DNA of 32,000 nucleotides, taken from contig ACYB01000037.1 in NCBI GenBank assembly GCA_000175855.1, forward strand, positions 30,001 through 62,000, read 5' to 3'. Under the pieces are notes generated by a model. That model did not search any database. It was not told the DNA's origin and saw only the letters and a program-made list of their open reading frames with translations. Every line of letters starts with the position of its first letter. Position 1 is the first letter of the stretch. Source of the DNA: Raphidiopsis brookii D9 (GTDB taxonomy: Bacteria > Cyanobacteriota > Cyanobacteriia > Cyanobacteriales > Nostocaceae). Positions 30,789 through 32,000 of the stretch are shown here, one piece after another. Position numbers and translations under genes: made by a program.

Positions 30789-32000
30789 CTAACTAACTAC
30801 AGATAACTGTTGTTGATTAAGATAGTAATAATTTCCACGTTTAGCAATCAATTCCTCATGAGTACCTTGTTCCACTAAAATTCCCCGATCTAATACTAAA
30901 ATTAAGTCAGCATGACGTACAGTAGACAGACGATGGGCAATAATTAAACTAGTGCGTCCTTTAAGAATTTTCTGCAAGTTTTTTTGAATGATTCTTTCAG
31001 ATTCTGCATCCAGGTGACTGGTGGCTTCATCTAATATTAGAAGGCGCGGATTTCCTAATAATGCTCTAGCTATAGCTAAACGTTGTCTTTGTCCCCCCGA
31101 TAACATACCTCCTCCTTCACCAATTTGAGTTTCGTAACCCATGGGCATAAATTTAATAAATTCATCTGCACCCGCTAATTGTGCCACAGTAATGATTTCT
31201 TCTAAGGTGGATTCTGGATGGGCAATACTGATGTTTTCTCTAATTGTACCACCAAATAAAAATGTGTCCTGGTCCACAACCCCTATTTGAGACCGCAAAG
31301 ATTTGAGAGCAATACTTGTCACATCTTGGTTGTCTATTAAAATTCTACCATCTGTCGCAGGATATAATCCTAAAATTAGTTTGGATAGAGTGGTCTTGCC
31401 AGATCCACTTCTTCCTACTACCGCCACAGTTTGTTCAGGTTTAATGTGAAAGTTTATATTTTCTAAAATATTAATATCGCTATCTTTGTGATAACGAAAG
31501 GTGACATTTTCAAAGCGAATTTCTCCCCTTAGTTTTGACAGAGTTTGTCGAGGTTGTATAACTAAATCTTCTTCTACTTCTGCTTCTAATACATCATTAA
31601 TGCGCTCGGTAGAAACTATAACCTCTTGAAGTTGATTCCACAAAACAATTAACCTTTGAAAAGGCTGGATAATGCTGCCTAATAACATATTAAAGGCTAC
31701 CAGTTGACCAATAGTCAACTGATTTTGAATTACTAACCAGGCACCAAACCAGAGCAAGCCTGTTGTTGCTAAAGATTGAATGGTGGCACTAATTACTTGT
31801 AACTTATTACTAATTATTTGAACAGCAAAGTTTTTCTTGGTCAAATTATGTAGTAATTCTTCCCATCGCCATCTTACAGTTTGTTCTATAGCCAGGGAAC
31901 GAACTGATGAAATGCCAGTTAAAGCTTGAATTAAATAGCTATTCTCTTTGGCTAATGCTCCAAATACTTCACGACTAATACGTCTCAAAAAAGGTGTGGC
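30789..32000 (-). CDS. ABC transporter (type I secretion / peptide exporter), C-terminal part; runs off the right edge
   Basis: VAVVGRSGSGKTTLSKLILGLYPATDG, LSGGQRQRLAIARALLGNPRLLILDEATSHLD, IIAHRLSTV. The frame stays open to base 32000, so the N-terminal part lies outside the window. Confidence 0.9.
   Translation of the reverse strand, partial: ATPFLRRISREVFGALAKENSYLIQALTGISSVRSLAIEQTVRWRWEELLHNLTKKNFAVQIISNKLQVISATIQSLATTGLLWFGAWLVIQNQLTIGQLVAFNMLLGSIIQPFQRLIVLWNQLQEVIVSTERINDVLEAEVEEDLVIQPRQTLSKLRGEIRFENVTFRYHKDSDINILENINFHIKPEQTVAVVGRSGSGKTTLSKLILGLYPATDGRILIDNQDVTSIALKSLRSQIGVVDQDTFLFGGTIRENISIAHPESTLEEIITVAQLAGADEFIKFMPMGYETQIGEGGGMLSGGQRQRLAIARALLGNPRLLILDEATSHLDAESERIIQKNLQKILKGRTSLIIAHRLSTVRHADLILVLDRGILVEQGTHEELIAKRGNYYYLNQQQLSVVS

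Noticed and set aside
1-32000. CRISPR arrays, transposases, integrases, toxin-antitoxin or phage genes
   Set aside because: No direct-repeat arrays or such proteins were seen in the ORF translations. The region looks like stable core genome.

Overview
The window is a typical chromosomal region of a filamentous (Nostocales-like) cyanobacterium. It carries about 15 HIP1 octamers (GCGATCGC) and many photosynthesis genes (petL, petA, petC, psbB, psbT, psb28). Housekeeping genes are nadC, aroB, bioB, gcvH/gcvT, coaBC, pheA, a MoaB-family gene, cysS and tldD/tldE-like genes. Other content is a Ser/Thr kinase with an N-terminal Cys cluster, a phosphate-binding/DUF4912 fusion, SelO, three genes of a peptide ABC transporter, a G3E (CobW-like) GTPase, and tRNA-Gly(CCC). 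At the right edge is an exporter block: PPIase, HlyD-like protein and the C-terminal part of an ABC transporter, next to the TldD/TldE pair. No CRISPR array, transposase or obvious novel defence system is visible. The best second-look items are: (1) a strongly structured 5' leader upstream of psbB with an apparent multi-branch fold, a UUCG-capped hairpin and an H-type pseudoknot candidate; (2) an rRNA-operon-like promoter plus boxA on the minus strand at the left edge, with no rRNA gene in the window; (3) a selO gene with no canonical in-frame start because of an in-frame TGA next to a C6 tract; (4) the TldD/TldE pair beside the PPIase/HlyD/ABC exporter; (5) the PstS-like/DUF4912 fusion. Family assignments come from recognising motifs by eye. 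No database search was run.
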